64,000 nt of DNA from positions 2,048,001 through 2,112,000 of the forward strand of contig CBDFJQ010000002.1 of assembly GCA_965248575.1 (NCBI GenBank), written 5' to 3'. The DNA is from Planctomycetota bacterium (GTDB lineage Bacteria > Planctomycetota > B15-G4). The notes under the pieces were generated by a model. It ran no database searches. It was not told the origin of the DNA and saw only the letters and a list, made by a program, of their open reading frames with translations. Each line of letters begins with the position of its first letter. Positions within the stretch are counted from its first letter, which is position 1. A program made the position numbers and the translations under genes. Shown piece by piece: positions 28,367-37,751 of the stretch.

Positions 28367-29557
28367 GTGAGCCAACCCTCGCAACACTCCCATCTCGCGC
28401 GCGCGTGCGCGGCCGAAGGGCTTCTCGTCGCCGAGCCGATCCGGGCGCTGTCGTGCGCCCTGCTCCTGCTTCTCTTCTGCCCAGCGGTCCCCGGCCAGGA
28501 AAGCGAGCCCAGCAACCCCGAGGGCTTGCTGTTCGAAGACTACGACCCGCCGTCCACCTTGGAGGTCCCCAGCACCGACGTGCGCCGGGCGCGCTACCCC
28601 TTCGTGGACGTCCACAACCACCAATGGACCATGCCCACGGACGACCTCAGCGAGACCGTCGCCGAGATGGACGCACTGAACATGGCCGTGATGGTGAACC
28701 TGAGCGGACGCCTATCGGACAGCGCCGAACATTTGCGCGCGTGCATCGCCACCGGCCAAGAGCAGGCGCCGGGCCGCTTCCTGGTCTTCACGAATCTCTC
28801 CTACGAAGGCATCGACGACGCGGGCTGGGGGTCAGCCATGGCCGACCGGGTCGCAGCCGACGTCGCTGCCGGGGCCGCCGGTCTCAAGATCTACAAGAGC
28901 CTGGGACTCCGGATCGTCGATAGCAGCGGCGCACGGGTGGCCGTCGACGACCCTCGCCTCGACCCGATCTGGGCTCGTTGCGGAGAGCTGGGCGTCCCCG
29001 TCTTGATCCACAGCGGAGACCCCGCACCCTTCTGGAAGCCCTGGGACAACCAGAACGAGCGCTGGTTGGAGCTGAAGCAGAAGCCCCAACGAAAACAGGA
29101 CGCGACCACGGGCCCCAGCTTCGAACAGATCATGGCTGAGCAGCGGCATGTGTTCGCCAAGCACCCGGGCACGACCTTCATCAGCGCCCACCTGGCGTGG
29201 CTGGGCCACGACCTCACAGCCTTGGGGGCCGTGCTCGACGAGCACCCGAACATGTACACCGAGATCGGTGCCGTCATCGCCGAGCTCGGGCGCCAACCGC
29301 GCTTTGCCAAGCAGTGGTTCATCGAGCACCAGGACCGCGTGCTGTTCGGGAAGGACGTCTGGACCCCCGATGAGTACTGGTGCTACTTCCGCGTGCTCGA
29401 GACCGCTGACGAGTACTTCGACTACTACCGTCGGCGCCACGCGTTCTGGAAGATGTACGGCCTCGATCTGCCGGACGAGGTGCTGCGCAAGCTCTACTAC
29501 GGCAATGCCCTCGATCTCTTTCCGCAACTGGATCCCTCGCTGTTCCCGGACTCGTGA
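28367..29557 (+). CDS. Secreted amidohydrolase (Amidohydro_2-like)
   Basis: DVHNH, GLKIYK, PVLIHSGDP, ISAH, VLFGKD metal ligands; signal-like hydrophobic stretch. Confidence 0.85.
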   Translation: MSQPSQHSHLARACAAEGLLVAEPIRALSCALLLLLFCPAVPGQESEPSNPEGLLFEDYDPPSTLEVPSTDVRRARYPFVDVHNHQWTMPTDDLSETVAEMDALNMAVMVNLSGRLSDSAEHLRACIATGQEQAPGRFLVFTNLSYEGIDDAGWGSAMADRVAADVAAGAAGLKIYKSLGLRIVDSSGARVAVDDPRLDPIWARCGELGVPVLIHSGDPAPFWKPWDNQNERWLELKQKPQRKQDATTGPSFEQIMAEQRHVFAKHPGTTFISAHLAWLGHDLTALGAVLDEHPNMYTEIGAVIAELGRQPRFAKQWFIEHQDRVLFGKDVWTPDEYWCYFRVLETADEYFDYYRRRHAFWKMYGLDLPDEVLRKLYYGNALDLFPQLDPSLFPDS

Positions 29558-30357
29558 CGCTCTACGGACTGGTCGGCCGGCTGGCGGGGCCGCCCGCCTG
29601 TTTCCTGCTCATGATGGCTGTCGGGTTGCTGCTCTCGCGCCGGAAGGGCCTCGGGACCAAGGGCACAGCGGGGGGACGTCGGCAGCTCGCCGGCAAGCTG
29701 CTTCTGGTAGGCGGCTTCGTCCTGCTCTGGGTCTCGGCCTTGCCCTGGGTCGGCGCCGTGCTGATCCGCTCCCTGGAACAGGTGCCTGCCTGGGAACTCG
29801 ATCAGCCCCTGCTGCCTGGCGAGCAGGCCGAGGCCATCGTGCTCCTGGGTGCGGGGGTCGAAGGCGAGACGCCTGAGTACGGCGGCCTGACCTTGGGTGC
29901 GTTGAGCCTGGAGCGCGTGCGCTGGGCCGCTCGCGTGCAACGTGCCACGGGCCTACCACTGGTCATCACGGGCGGCTCGGCCCGCCCAGGGGCCACGCCC
30001 GTCGCGGAGCTCATGCGCGATGCGCTCGTGCAGGACTTCGACGTCAACGTGCGATGGGTCGAAGGCGCCTCAGCCACCACCTGGGAGAACGCAGCCCTCA
30101 GCAAGCAGCTCCTGTCGTCCGAGGGCATCGACCACATCGTGCTCGTCACCCATTCATGGCACATGCCGCGCGCCGTGCTGGCCTTCGAACGCCACGGATT
30201 CAGCGTCCAGCCAGCGCCCACGATGTTCCATGGTGAACCACCGGACGGTCTGGACGCCTGGCTTCCGTCGGCCCGCGCGCTGCGCCACACGAGTTGGGCC
30301 ACCCACGAGTGGCTCGGCCGGCTGTGGTACTCCATACGCAGCGACTCGACGCACTGA
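29554..30357 (+). CDS. YdcF/DUF218 (ElyC/SanA-like) membrane protein
   Basis: AIVLLGAG, ITGG, SATTWENA, LVTHSWHMPRA, HEWLG. Confidence 0.9.
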   Translation: MTLYGLVGRLAGPPACFLLMMAVGLLLSRRKGLGTKGTAGGRRQLAGKLLLVGGFVLLWVSALPWVGAVLIRSLEQVPAWELDQPLLPGEQAEAIVLLGAGVEGETPEYGGLTLGALSLERVRWAARVQRATGLPLVITGGSARPGATPVAELMRDALVQDFDVNVRWVEGASATTWENAALSKQLLSSEGIDHIVLVTHSWHMPRAVLAFERHGFSVQPAPTMFHGEPPDGLDAWLPSARALRHTSWATHEWLGRLWYSIRSDSTH

Positions 30358-30392
30358 ACGGCTACGCCGGATCTTGTGGTCGTCGTCAGCCC

Positions 30393-31217
30393 CTAGACTT
30401 CGCGCAGGACGCTCACGCAATGCACCAGGACGTCGGAAAGGGACAGCATGCCCACCAGTTGCTCGTGACGTAGCACGGGCAGGGTCGTGACCTTTTGCTC
30501 CACCATCTGCAGGGCGGCCTCTGAGAGTAGGGTTTCAGGAGCAACCACCTCGACGATGTGGGCCATGATGTCGCCCAGGCGGATGCGCTTCTCATGTCCG
30601 CTGTGTGCTGCCGCACGAAGGTCCCGGTCGGACACGATGCCCACGATGACACCATCCTCCATCACCGGAAGGTGTCGCACTCCCAGGGACAGGCACATCG
30701 AGAAGGCGTCTTGGAGGCTGGTGTCGAGCGTGGCAGCGCTCACCTGAGAGGTCATGCACGTCGAGACATCGGGGTTCTGTTCGTCGCTGAGCCGACCTGA
30801 TTTGCAGAGCGAAGCGAAGGCTGCCAGCAGGTCCATCTCCGTGACGATTCCTGTCAGCTCGCCGTCCTTAACGACGGGCAGGCAGCCGATCTTCAAGCCC
30901 ACGAAGACCGCAGCGGCCACGTCCACGAACTCTTCCGGGTTCACGATGCGCACGTTCTTGTGAACCACCTCGCGCACCGTGGACGGCCGTTCTGAAGCCA
31001 GCACATCCGTCTCCGCCTCGTCCCGGGGCAATTCCCCCGGAAGGCGGCCGAGGGCCTCCAACAGGTCACGCTCGGAGATGATGCCCACGAGCTGCTTCCC
31101 GCCCACCACAGGCAGGTGGCGAAAGTCCTGGGAGTCCATCAACGTCAACGCATCCTCGAGGCCTGCATCCAGGGAAATGGTGACGGGATCGGCAGTCATC
31201 AGGGCGGACACTTTCAT
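30393..31217 (-). CDS. Four-CBS-domain protein
   Basis: Repeated RHLPV/GCLPV/TTLPV...GI(I/V)(S/T)(E/D)xD units; ATG at 31217. Confidence 0.9.
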   Translation of the reverse strand: MKVSALMTADPVTISLDAGLEDALTLMDSQDFRHLPVVGGKQLVGIISERDLLEALGRLPGELPRDEAETDVLASERPSTVREVVHKNVRIVNPEEFVDVAAAVFVGLKIGCLPVVKDGELTGIVTEMDLLAAFASLCKSGRLSDEQNPDVSTCMTSQVSAATLDTSLQDAFSMCLSLGVRHLPVMEDGVIVGIVSDRDLRAAAHSGHEKRIRLGDIMAHIVEVVAPETLLSEAALQMVEQKVTTLPVLRHEQLVGMLSLSDVLVHCVSVLREV

Positions 31218-31439
31218 GGGCTCATTCCAGAGGAGGGTCGGACGAGACATCGGTGTGCTGCTGTAGGCACACTGTCGCCCTGGTGGCCCAACCGGCGACA
31301 TACGAACTGTGGCGCAGGCGGGCGAAGAGAAGGACAGAGCCTCCGCGCGCCCTGCCCTCCTCACGAGCTGCTCTCAAGACACACACGGATCCATCACGTG
31401 CCCACCGCCCCTCCCGACCCGCCAAACGCGCTCCCGGTC

Positions 31440-32705
31440 ATGCACGACCTGCCCACCGACCCGAAGCAGCTCTACCGGGCCTTCGACGAGCTGCTCGACG
31501 AGGCCGACGCCGGCTCAGCCCCGGGGGAGATTGTCACGCTGTTCCTGCAGCACCTGTTCGGCCCGACAACCCAGGACCTCGCTGCCAGTCTGGGGCTCGT
31601 GGCGGGAGCTGCCTACGAAGAGCGCAGGACCTGCTTCCATCGCATGAGCCTGCATGGCACCGTGTCCGCCGACTCCTTGCGACAGGAGTTCCCGCTCTCG
31701 GGACTGAGGCTCACCCGCAACGAGCCCCACGCTCTGTTCGAAGCCTCGGACCGAGCCCCCTGGCTCGGGCAAGGCGTGCAGGACCTGACGGACGCAGCGA
31801 CCTTCTGGGGTGCCTGCGTCGTCGCCACCGGCCGCGAACGCTTCATGGTCATGCTCGCACTCGGAGCTCGCGTTCAGCGCCTGGACACCGCCAACACCCT
31901 CGAGCCTAGCGCCGACCTGATCCTGCACACGCTGCGCTCGGTCCTCACCTCCCATCTGCAGAAGGCGCGCTGGGGCAGCACCATGCGCGAGGCGGCCGCC
32001 ATCCAGCGCAGCCTGCTGCCCACAGAGTCTCTCCAAGTGGAAGGCTTCGACATTGCAGGGGTCTGCAATCCAGCGGAAGAGGTGGGCGGCGACTTCTTCG
32101 ACGCCTTGCCCATCTCAGAGACCTCCACGGGCCTCGTCATCGGCGACGCCAGCGGGCACGGTTTGCCTGCAGCCCTCGTGGCCCGGGACGTCATCGTCGG
32201 CTTGCGCATGGGCGTCGACCGCGACCTGCGGATCGCCCCGACCCTGGAGAAACTCAACCGGGTCATCCACCGGGGCGGTCCGGCCAGTTCCTTCGTCTCG
32301 CTGTTCTACGGCGAGCTCGAATCCAACGGCAATCTGTTCTACGTGAACGCCGGCCACAAGGCGCCGCTGCTGTTCAGGGCGTCGGCCCCGGCCGGCCACC
32401 CTCCAGAGACGCTGTTCAGCGGTGACATCGTCCTGGGACCCGTGCCCGACGCCCGCTTCAAACGGCAGTTCGCCCACGTCGATCGCGGCGACTGCATGGT
32501 GCTCTACACCGACGGGGTCAACGAGCGGCTGGACCCGCCCGGCGAGCTGTTTGGCGACGAGCGCGTGATCGAAGCCGTGCACGCCGTGCGCAACCGCCCC
32601 GCGGCCGACATCGCGCGAACGGTCATCGAGGCCGCCGCGCGCTTCGGCCAGTGCGTGGACTGGGCGGACGATGCAACGGTGCTCGTGGTGAAGCGAAACC
32701 CCTGA
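31440..32705 (+). CDS. PP2C/SpoIIE (RsbU-like) phosphatase with N-terminal sensor region
   Basis: IQRSLLP, VGGDFFD, IGDASGHG, VNAGH, LYTDGV, DDATV. Confidence 0.9.
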   Translation: MHDLPTDPKQLYRAFDELLDEADAGSAPGEIVTLFLQHLFGPTTQDLAASLGLVAGAAYEERRTCFHRMSLHGTVSADSLRQEFPLSGLRLTRNEPHALFEASDRAPWLGQGVQDLTDAATFWGACVVATGRERFMVMLALGARVQRLDTANTLEPSADLILHTLRSVLTSHLQKARWGSTMREAAAIQRSLLPTESLQVEGFDIAGVCNPAEEVGGDFFDALPISETSTGLVIGDASGHGLPAALVARDVIVGLRMGVDRDLRIAPTLEKLNRVIHRGGPASSFVSLFYGELESNGNLFYVNAGHKAPLLFRASAPAGHPPETLFSGDIVLGPVPDARFKRQFAHVDRGDCMVLYTDGVNERLDPPGELFGDERVIEAVHAVRNRPAADIARTVIEAAARFGQCVDWADDATVLVVKRNP

Positions 32706-32722
32706 CTGTCGGGGCTCTCCTG

Positions 32723-33838
32723 CTAGCTTCCGAGACCCAGGAGCTGCGGAACCATCTCGTCCAACTTGCCCCGGGCGTCGACCGAGAACAGCTCTCCGCC
32801 CTGGCCCACCACGAACACGGCGGGGATTGAGTTGATGCCCCAGCTGGAGGAGAACTCGCTGGCCCAGCCGTTGCCCTGGTAGTACTGCGGCCACTCGATG
32901 CCGTTGTCTGCGCAGTACGCCTTGAGCTTGTCGAGCCCGCCCTGCTCTTCCGGGCTGTCCAGGCTCACCCCGATGAACTCCACGCCCTTGTCCTGGTACG
33001 TCGCGTAGAGTTCCTTCATGTGGGGCATTTCGGCGATGCAGGGCCCGCACCATGTGGCCCAGAAATCCACGACCACGACCTTGTCGGAGAGGTCAGCCAT
33101 GTCGATTTCCTTGCCGGAGATCGCCTCGGTGAACCCCAGGTCGAAGGGCTTGCCGAGCGCCTCATACTGGCGCACCTTGCCCTTGGCGTAGCCCGCGTTG
33201 CGGCTCTCGGGCCACTTGAGCACCCGACGGAAGAGCTCCAGCTTCTGGTCGGCCTCTTCGGCGCCGTAGCTCGCGACGTTCATGATGAGCCCCGCGGCCC
33301 GATCATCGTCGGGGGCCAATTCGATCAGGCGCTCCACGGCTGGCAAAACGTGGTCCGGCGCATAGCGGTGCTCTTCGGAGAGGGCCATCGCCGCGCTGTA
33401 GGCAGCCTCGATCGCCAGGGCCGACTCAGGCTGGGCCTGCATGACGCGCGCGGTCTCTTCTGCAACGGCTGCGAAGTCCAAGCGTTCGCCGTAGAGCCGT
33501 GCCCAGCGGCCGGGCAGGAGTTCGCTCACCTGCTCGTGATCCGGATGAGCCGTCCACAGCTCGAGGATCAGGTCGGCACCCTGTTGGGCGATGGACCGAC
33601 GCGCCTCGAGGTAGGACTCGACGTAGCCCTCCTCGCCACGCCGAGAGCTGTCGTAGGCGGGAGGGCTGAGCGCCTCGAACTCACCCAGGATCAGATCGGC
33701 AGCCCGCACCTCCTGCATGCCCCCTTCGTCCATCCCAGCTTCCATGCCGGTTTCTTGGGCAACAACATCGGAGGGAGCCCAGGCCATGGCCGACAGCACA
33801 CACAGGCCACTCAAGACAATTCGGCTTCGCTGGATCAT
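32723..33838 (-). CDS. Exported TlpA/ResA-like thioredoxin with N-terminal helical repeats
   Basis: Signal peptide; VVDFWATWCGPC, IGVSLD, WGINSIP. Confidence 0.9.
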   Translation of the reverse strand: MIQRSRIVLSGLCVLSAMAWAPSDVVAQETGMEAGMDEGGMQEVRAADLILGEFEALSPPAYDSSRRGEEGYVESYLEARRSIAQQGADLILELWTAHPDHEQVSELLPGRWARLYGERLDFAAVAEETARVMQAQPESALAIEAAYSAAMALSEEHRYAPDHVLPAVERLIELAPDDDRAAGLIMNVASYGAEEADQKLELFRRVLKWPESRNAGYAKGKVRQYEALGKPFDLGFTEAISGKEIDMADLSDKVVVVDFWATWCGPCIAEMPHMKELYATYQDKGVEFIGVSLDSPEEQGGLDKLKAYCADNGIEWPQYYQGNGWASEFSSSWGINSIPAVFVVGQGGELFSVDARGKLDEMVPQLLGLGS

Positions 33839-33978
33839 GACGGCGTTCCTCTTCTTCCGGGCATCGACTGGGTGTCCGCGGCAGTGCGACTCAGGCCGGC
33901 TCGTGTGCACGGAGTTCACGGGCCGAGGCGCCGATCATACGGCATGGGCGCTGGCCAGGGGGCCAACCCCGCCTCACG

Positions 33979-34590
33979 CTAACGCATCCGGTTGTTGACC
34001 GGGTCCCAACGGACGCCCAGCGTCCGCAGGTAGACCCGTGAAGCGTCCTGCCAGTTCTCCCCTTCCAGCGGTGCCGCATCCAAGGCCCGATTCATGTAGG
34101 CCAGCCCCAGGCCCGGCTTGTCGAGCTCCTTCGTGAGCAACTCCCAGCCGATGTAGCGTTGCGCCGTGTCGTAACGCTCGTGCTGCTCGGGAACCGACTG
34201 CAGCAAGGCCAACGCCTCCTCCACCCGCCCCTTGCGCATGGCGTAGCGCCCGAGCGTGAAGAGGTCTGTCTCATCGGGTGAGGGCTCCTGGTTCGACCGA
34301 ATGAGGACCGTGCGGACCTGCTCCATCGAACCCTGCGTTGGTTGCTGTGGGTCTGCAACCTCTTCGCTGGCTGTCTCAGGCACGTCCGCAGCAAGGACCC
34401 GAGCTCGATCCGCCGCACGCTCCAACACTCTCTCCAGGGACTCCACACGACCATCCGCCAACGTGATGGGTGTCGCGCCATCAGGAGCAGGCAGTGTGCT
34501 CGCTGGCTCTGCCAACAGGTTGGCCACGACGACCAGGATGATGAGCAGCAGTGCCGTGGGGACGACGAACCACTTCAAGAGTCGCTTCAT
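33979..34590 (-). CDS. Membrane-anchored hypothetical protein with TPR-like C-terminus
   Basis: N-terminal TM; LGRYAMRKGRVEEALALL and AYMNRALDAAP helical pattern. Confidence 0.65.
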   Translation of the reverse strand: MKRLLKWFVVPTALLLIILVVVANLLAEPASTLPAPDGATPITLADGRVESLERVLERAADRARVLAADVPETASEEVADPQQPTQGSMEQVRTVLIRSNQEPSPDETDLFTLGRYAMRKGRVEEALALLQSVPEQHERYDTAQRYIGWELLTKELDKPGLGLAYMNRALDAAPLEGENWQDASRVYLRTLGVRWDPVNNRMR

Positions 34591-34725
34591 GGGGAAAGCC
34601 TCCTTCGAGAGGCGCCTCGATGGGAATCACTCGGGACGGGTTTCACCACGGCTTCCTGCTGAGCTATCCCGCGCCGATGGGCGCAGAGTACACTCCTGCG
34701 CTTCTCAGGATTCGTGGAGCTCTTC

Positions 34726-35937
34726 ATGCCTCGTCCCGAAAGCACGCCCTGGCCGGCCCGTAGGATTTCGGCCCCTCTCTGGCAACGAGCGCTCCTCTGT
34801 CTGCCGGCCTTGTGGTGCCTCGGCTGCTCCTCGATGCGCATGCCCGTGGAATTCGTAGAACGGGTCGAGAGCATCGAGCAAGCTCGCATCGAACGCTCCG
34901 TACAGGCCCTGCACGAGCTGGGGCCTCGCCCCATCGAGAACGTGGCCGCGACGAACGCAACCGTCGCCTGGCTGCGTGCCGAGTTGGAGGCTCTCGGCTA
35001 TGCGGTGAGCGAAGAGCCGGTGAGCACCCGAACGAGCAACGGCAGATTGGTGGCCAACGTCCGCAAGCAAGGCTCGGGAGCGGACGGCGAGCAGCTCGAG
35101 ATCGAGCTCCCCAACGGCTTTGCTTCCTATGGAGCCCGAGTCCTGGAAAGCCAGAGCAGGAAATTGCGCGCCGAGGGCTGGGAGGTGCTGGGCTATGCCA
35201 TGCAATCCAGCAACGCCGAGGGGGCAGCGCCCACCAGCCTGCTCGTGGCCCCCAATCTCTATGCGGAGATCCTGGGCAGTGAGCAGCCCGAGCGGGTGAT
35301 CGAAGTGAGTGCCCATTACGACACGGTGCCCGGCTGCAGTGGCGCCTCGGACAACTCGAGCGGCGTGGCAGCCCTGCTGGAAATGGCGCGGGTCTTCTCC
35401 GGGGCCACGCCTCGCAAGACCATCCGGCTGTGTTTCTTCGCCGCCGAAGAGGCTGGCCTGCTGGGCAGCCGTGTGCACATCCAGAACATCGTCCAGGATG
35501 GCAAATCCCCGGTCGACGCTTTGATCAACCTGGATTCCATCGGCTTCGCATCCGATGCGCCAGACTCACAGCAGGCTCCCGTTCGCATCCCACTCGTGAC
35601 CTGGATGCCGAGCACAGGCAACTTCATCACCGTCATCGGCACCTACTCGACAGGTTGGTTGGGGAACTTCTTCGAAGACGCCGCCGACTCCTATGTCCCG
35701 GAGCTCGAGTACTACAGCGCCAACCGCATCGGCAGCATGTTCGCCGACGGTCATCGGAGCGACCATGCCCACTACTGGGAGGCCGGCATCCCTGCCATCT
35801 TCCTGACGGACACCGGGGAGTTCCGGTCGGACAACTACCACCGCCCCGACGACACGCCCGACTCCCTCAACTTCCCCTTCGTGCGCCAAGTCGCCGTGGC
35901 CGCAGCAGCAGCTGCCCTGGAGCTGGCAGACCGCTAG
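34726..35937 (+). CDS. M28 family metallopeptidase, probable lipoprotein
   Basis: CLGC lipobox-like; SAHYD, GASDNSSG, AEEAGLLGS, NLDSIG, RSDH, NYHRPDD. Confidence 0.9.
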   Translation: MPRPESTPWPARRISAPLWQRALLCLPALWCLGCSSMRMPVEFVERVESIEQARIERSVQALHELGPRPIENVAATNATVAWLRAELEALGYAVSEEPVSTRTSNGRLVANVRKQGSGADGEQLEIELPNGFASYGARVLESQSRKLRAEGWEVLGYAMQSSNAEGAAPTSLLVAPNLYAEILGSEQPERVIEVSAHYDTVPGCSGASDNSSGVAALLEMARVFSGATPRKTIRLCFFAAEEAGLLGSRVHIQNIVQDGKSPVDALINLDSIGFASDAPDSQQAPVRIPLVTWMPSTGNFITVIGTYSTGWLGNFFEDAADSYVPELEYYSANRIGSMFADGHRSDHAHYWEAGIPAIFLTDTGEFRSDNYHRPDDTPDSLNFPFVRQVAVAAAAAALELADR

Positions 35938-35996
35938 GCGAGGGCCCCGACGCCTCCGGCGCCTCACCAGCCTCTCCAGTAGGACCGGCGACGCAG

Positions 35997-37751
35997 CTAT
36001 CGATCGCCGACGTAGCCCAAGGCCCGCAGCTCTTCGAGCTGCTCATCCGTGAGCGGCGTATCGCGCACGTTGTCCTTGAACACCCGTCGCAAGAGACGGT
36101 CCTGCTCCTGCTGCGCCGCAAGCAAGGCCCCCAAGCGCTTGACTACATCCGGGTGCTCTGCAGCGGCGTTCCGCGTGGCGCCAGGGTCCGCGTGCAGATC
36201 GAAGAGTTGGGGCACCGAGCGCCCCTGGTGGCTGATCAAGCGCCAGCGATCCGTACGTAGCGTGTGACGCCGCGACTTGCCATGGTCCGTTGTGGGTGCA
36301 TGGCTGAAGGCCACGCGGTCGCTCGACCGCCCCTGCAGCACCGGCACCAGGCTCTCCCCCTGATGCTTGACCCCCGCCAGCGAAAGGCCCGAAAGCTCGA
36401 GCAGCGTGGGCATGACATCCACGTTGCTCACGATGTTGGGCAGACGCCGCGGCGCCCCGAAATCGCCGAGCCCGTCCGGGATGCGGAACATCAACAGGAT
36501 CCGCAGCAGTTCGTCGTGCAGGTTCTTCCCGTGCTCCGCCGTGAGATCGTGCTCGCCCAAGGCCTCGCCATGGTCACTGACCACGACGACGATGGTGTTG
36601 TCGTCCAGGTCCAGCTCCGACAACGCGGTCCAGAGCCGCTGCATCTGGAAGTCGGCGTACAGCACGCCCGCATCGTAGTAGTCGGTCGCCTGTTGCTGGG
36701 AATCCGGCTCCAAGCTGCGTTCGACGTCGAGGCCGTACTCCTTGGCCAGGGTGAACAGGCCCGGCACATCGTCCACGGTCTTCCGCAGGTCGTCTGAGCA
36801 GTGCCACTCGTGGTGGTAGAGGAAGGACACATCGTCCCGGCTCAGGATTCCGGAGTCGTTCCATTGCGCGACGAGCCCATCCCGCCTGGCATGCTCCGAC
36901 ACCTCGTCGTAGGCAGGGCGCACCCGGGCGATGTACTCCGCGGGTGCGTGATAGGGGTAGTGCGGCTCATAGGTATGGAAGAGCGCAAAGAACGGCTGGC
37001 CCTCCCCGTCGAGCGCTTCGGCACGAGCGGTCTCGTGGGCTGTCAACCAAGCCAGGAAGCGGTCGAGGTTCGGGACGATCAGGTTCGGGGTCTCGGCCTC
37101 GGGCTTCGGAGGAAAGACGTCGAAGCCGGTATCCAACCCGAAGATGCCCGCGGCGTAGACGCCCTCCGTGAAGGCCGCCGTGGCGTAGCCCTCTGCGGAG
37201 TAGAGCTCTGCCAGGGTCGTGGCCGCGTCACTCAGTCGGCCGGGGTCGGGGTAGCTCGTGACGGCATGAGCATCCGGATACAGCGAGGTCATCAGGCTGA
37301 TCAGAGCGGGAGCTGTCCAAGGAGCGGAGGACTGCGCCCCTTCGAAGACCACGCACTGCTCCGCGAAGGCGTCGAGGTTGGGCGAGATGGAACGCTCATA
37401 GCCGAAGGAGCCCAGGTGGTCGGGCCTCAGGGTGTCGAGGACCACCATCAGGACATTGGGACGAGCTGCGACGCCTGTCTCGGCTTCGGACGCCTCCGCG
37501 CAGGAGGGCAGGCTGCCAAGCGCTACCAGCCCGAGCACCCAGGGCAGGCTTCGTCGGAGGAGAGGGCGCAGGTCGCGACACCAGGTGTCGTTCCCTGGCA
37601 GTGGGGATTGCGTTCGGTGTTTCAGTGGATCGGCTCGCAGGGGCGGGCGAGGGTGCCATGGCGTGCGGCTTGCGGAAAGCGTCGGAATGCGACGCCCGGG
37701 GCGAGGGGGCGCATCATCCGTCCTCCGCCTCGCCAAGGTATCCCAGGGCAC
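35997..37751 (-). CDS. Sulfatase-like (alkaline phosphatase superfamily) protein lacking the C/SxPxR motif
   Basis: VVLDTLRPDH, SSAPWTAPA, YEPHYPY, SDHGE, EHG, LRALGYV; start uncertain and probably downstream of 37751. Confidence 0.85.
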   Translation of the reverse strand: MPWDTLARRRTDDAPPRPGRRIPTLSASRTPWHPRPPLRADPLKHRTQSPLPGNDTWCRDLRPLLRRSLPWVLGLVALGSLPSCAEASEAETGVAARPNVLMVVLDTLRPDHLGSFGYERSISPNLDAFAEQCVVFEGAQSSAPWTAPALISLMTSLYPDAHAVTSYPDPGRLSDAATTLAELYSAEGYATAAFTEGVYAAGIFGLDTGFDVFPPKPEAETPNLIVPNLDRFLAWLTAHETARAEALDGEGQPFFALFHTYEPHYPYHAPAEYIARVRPAYDEVSEHARRDGLVAQWNDSGILSRDDVSFLYHHEWHCSDDLRKTVDDVPGLFTLAKEYGLDVERSLEPDSQQQATDYYDAGVLYADFQMQRLWTALSELDLDDNTIVVVVSDHGEALGEHDLTAEHGKNLHDELLRILLMFRIPDGLGDFGAPRRLPNIVSNVDVMPTLLELSGLSLAGVKHQGESLVPVLQGRSSDRVAFSHAPTTDHGKSRRHTLRTDRWRLISHQGRSVPQLFDLHADPGATRNAAAEHPDVVKRLGALLAAQQEQDRLLRRVFKDNVRDTPLTDEQLEELRALGYVGDR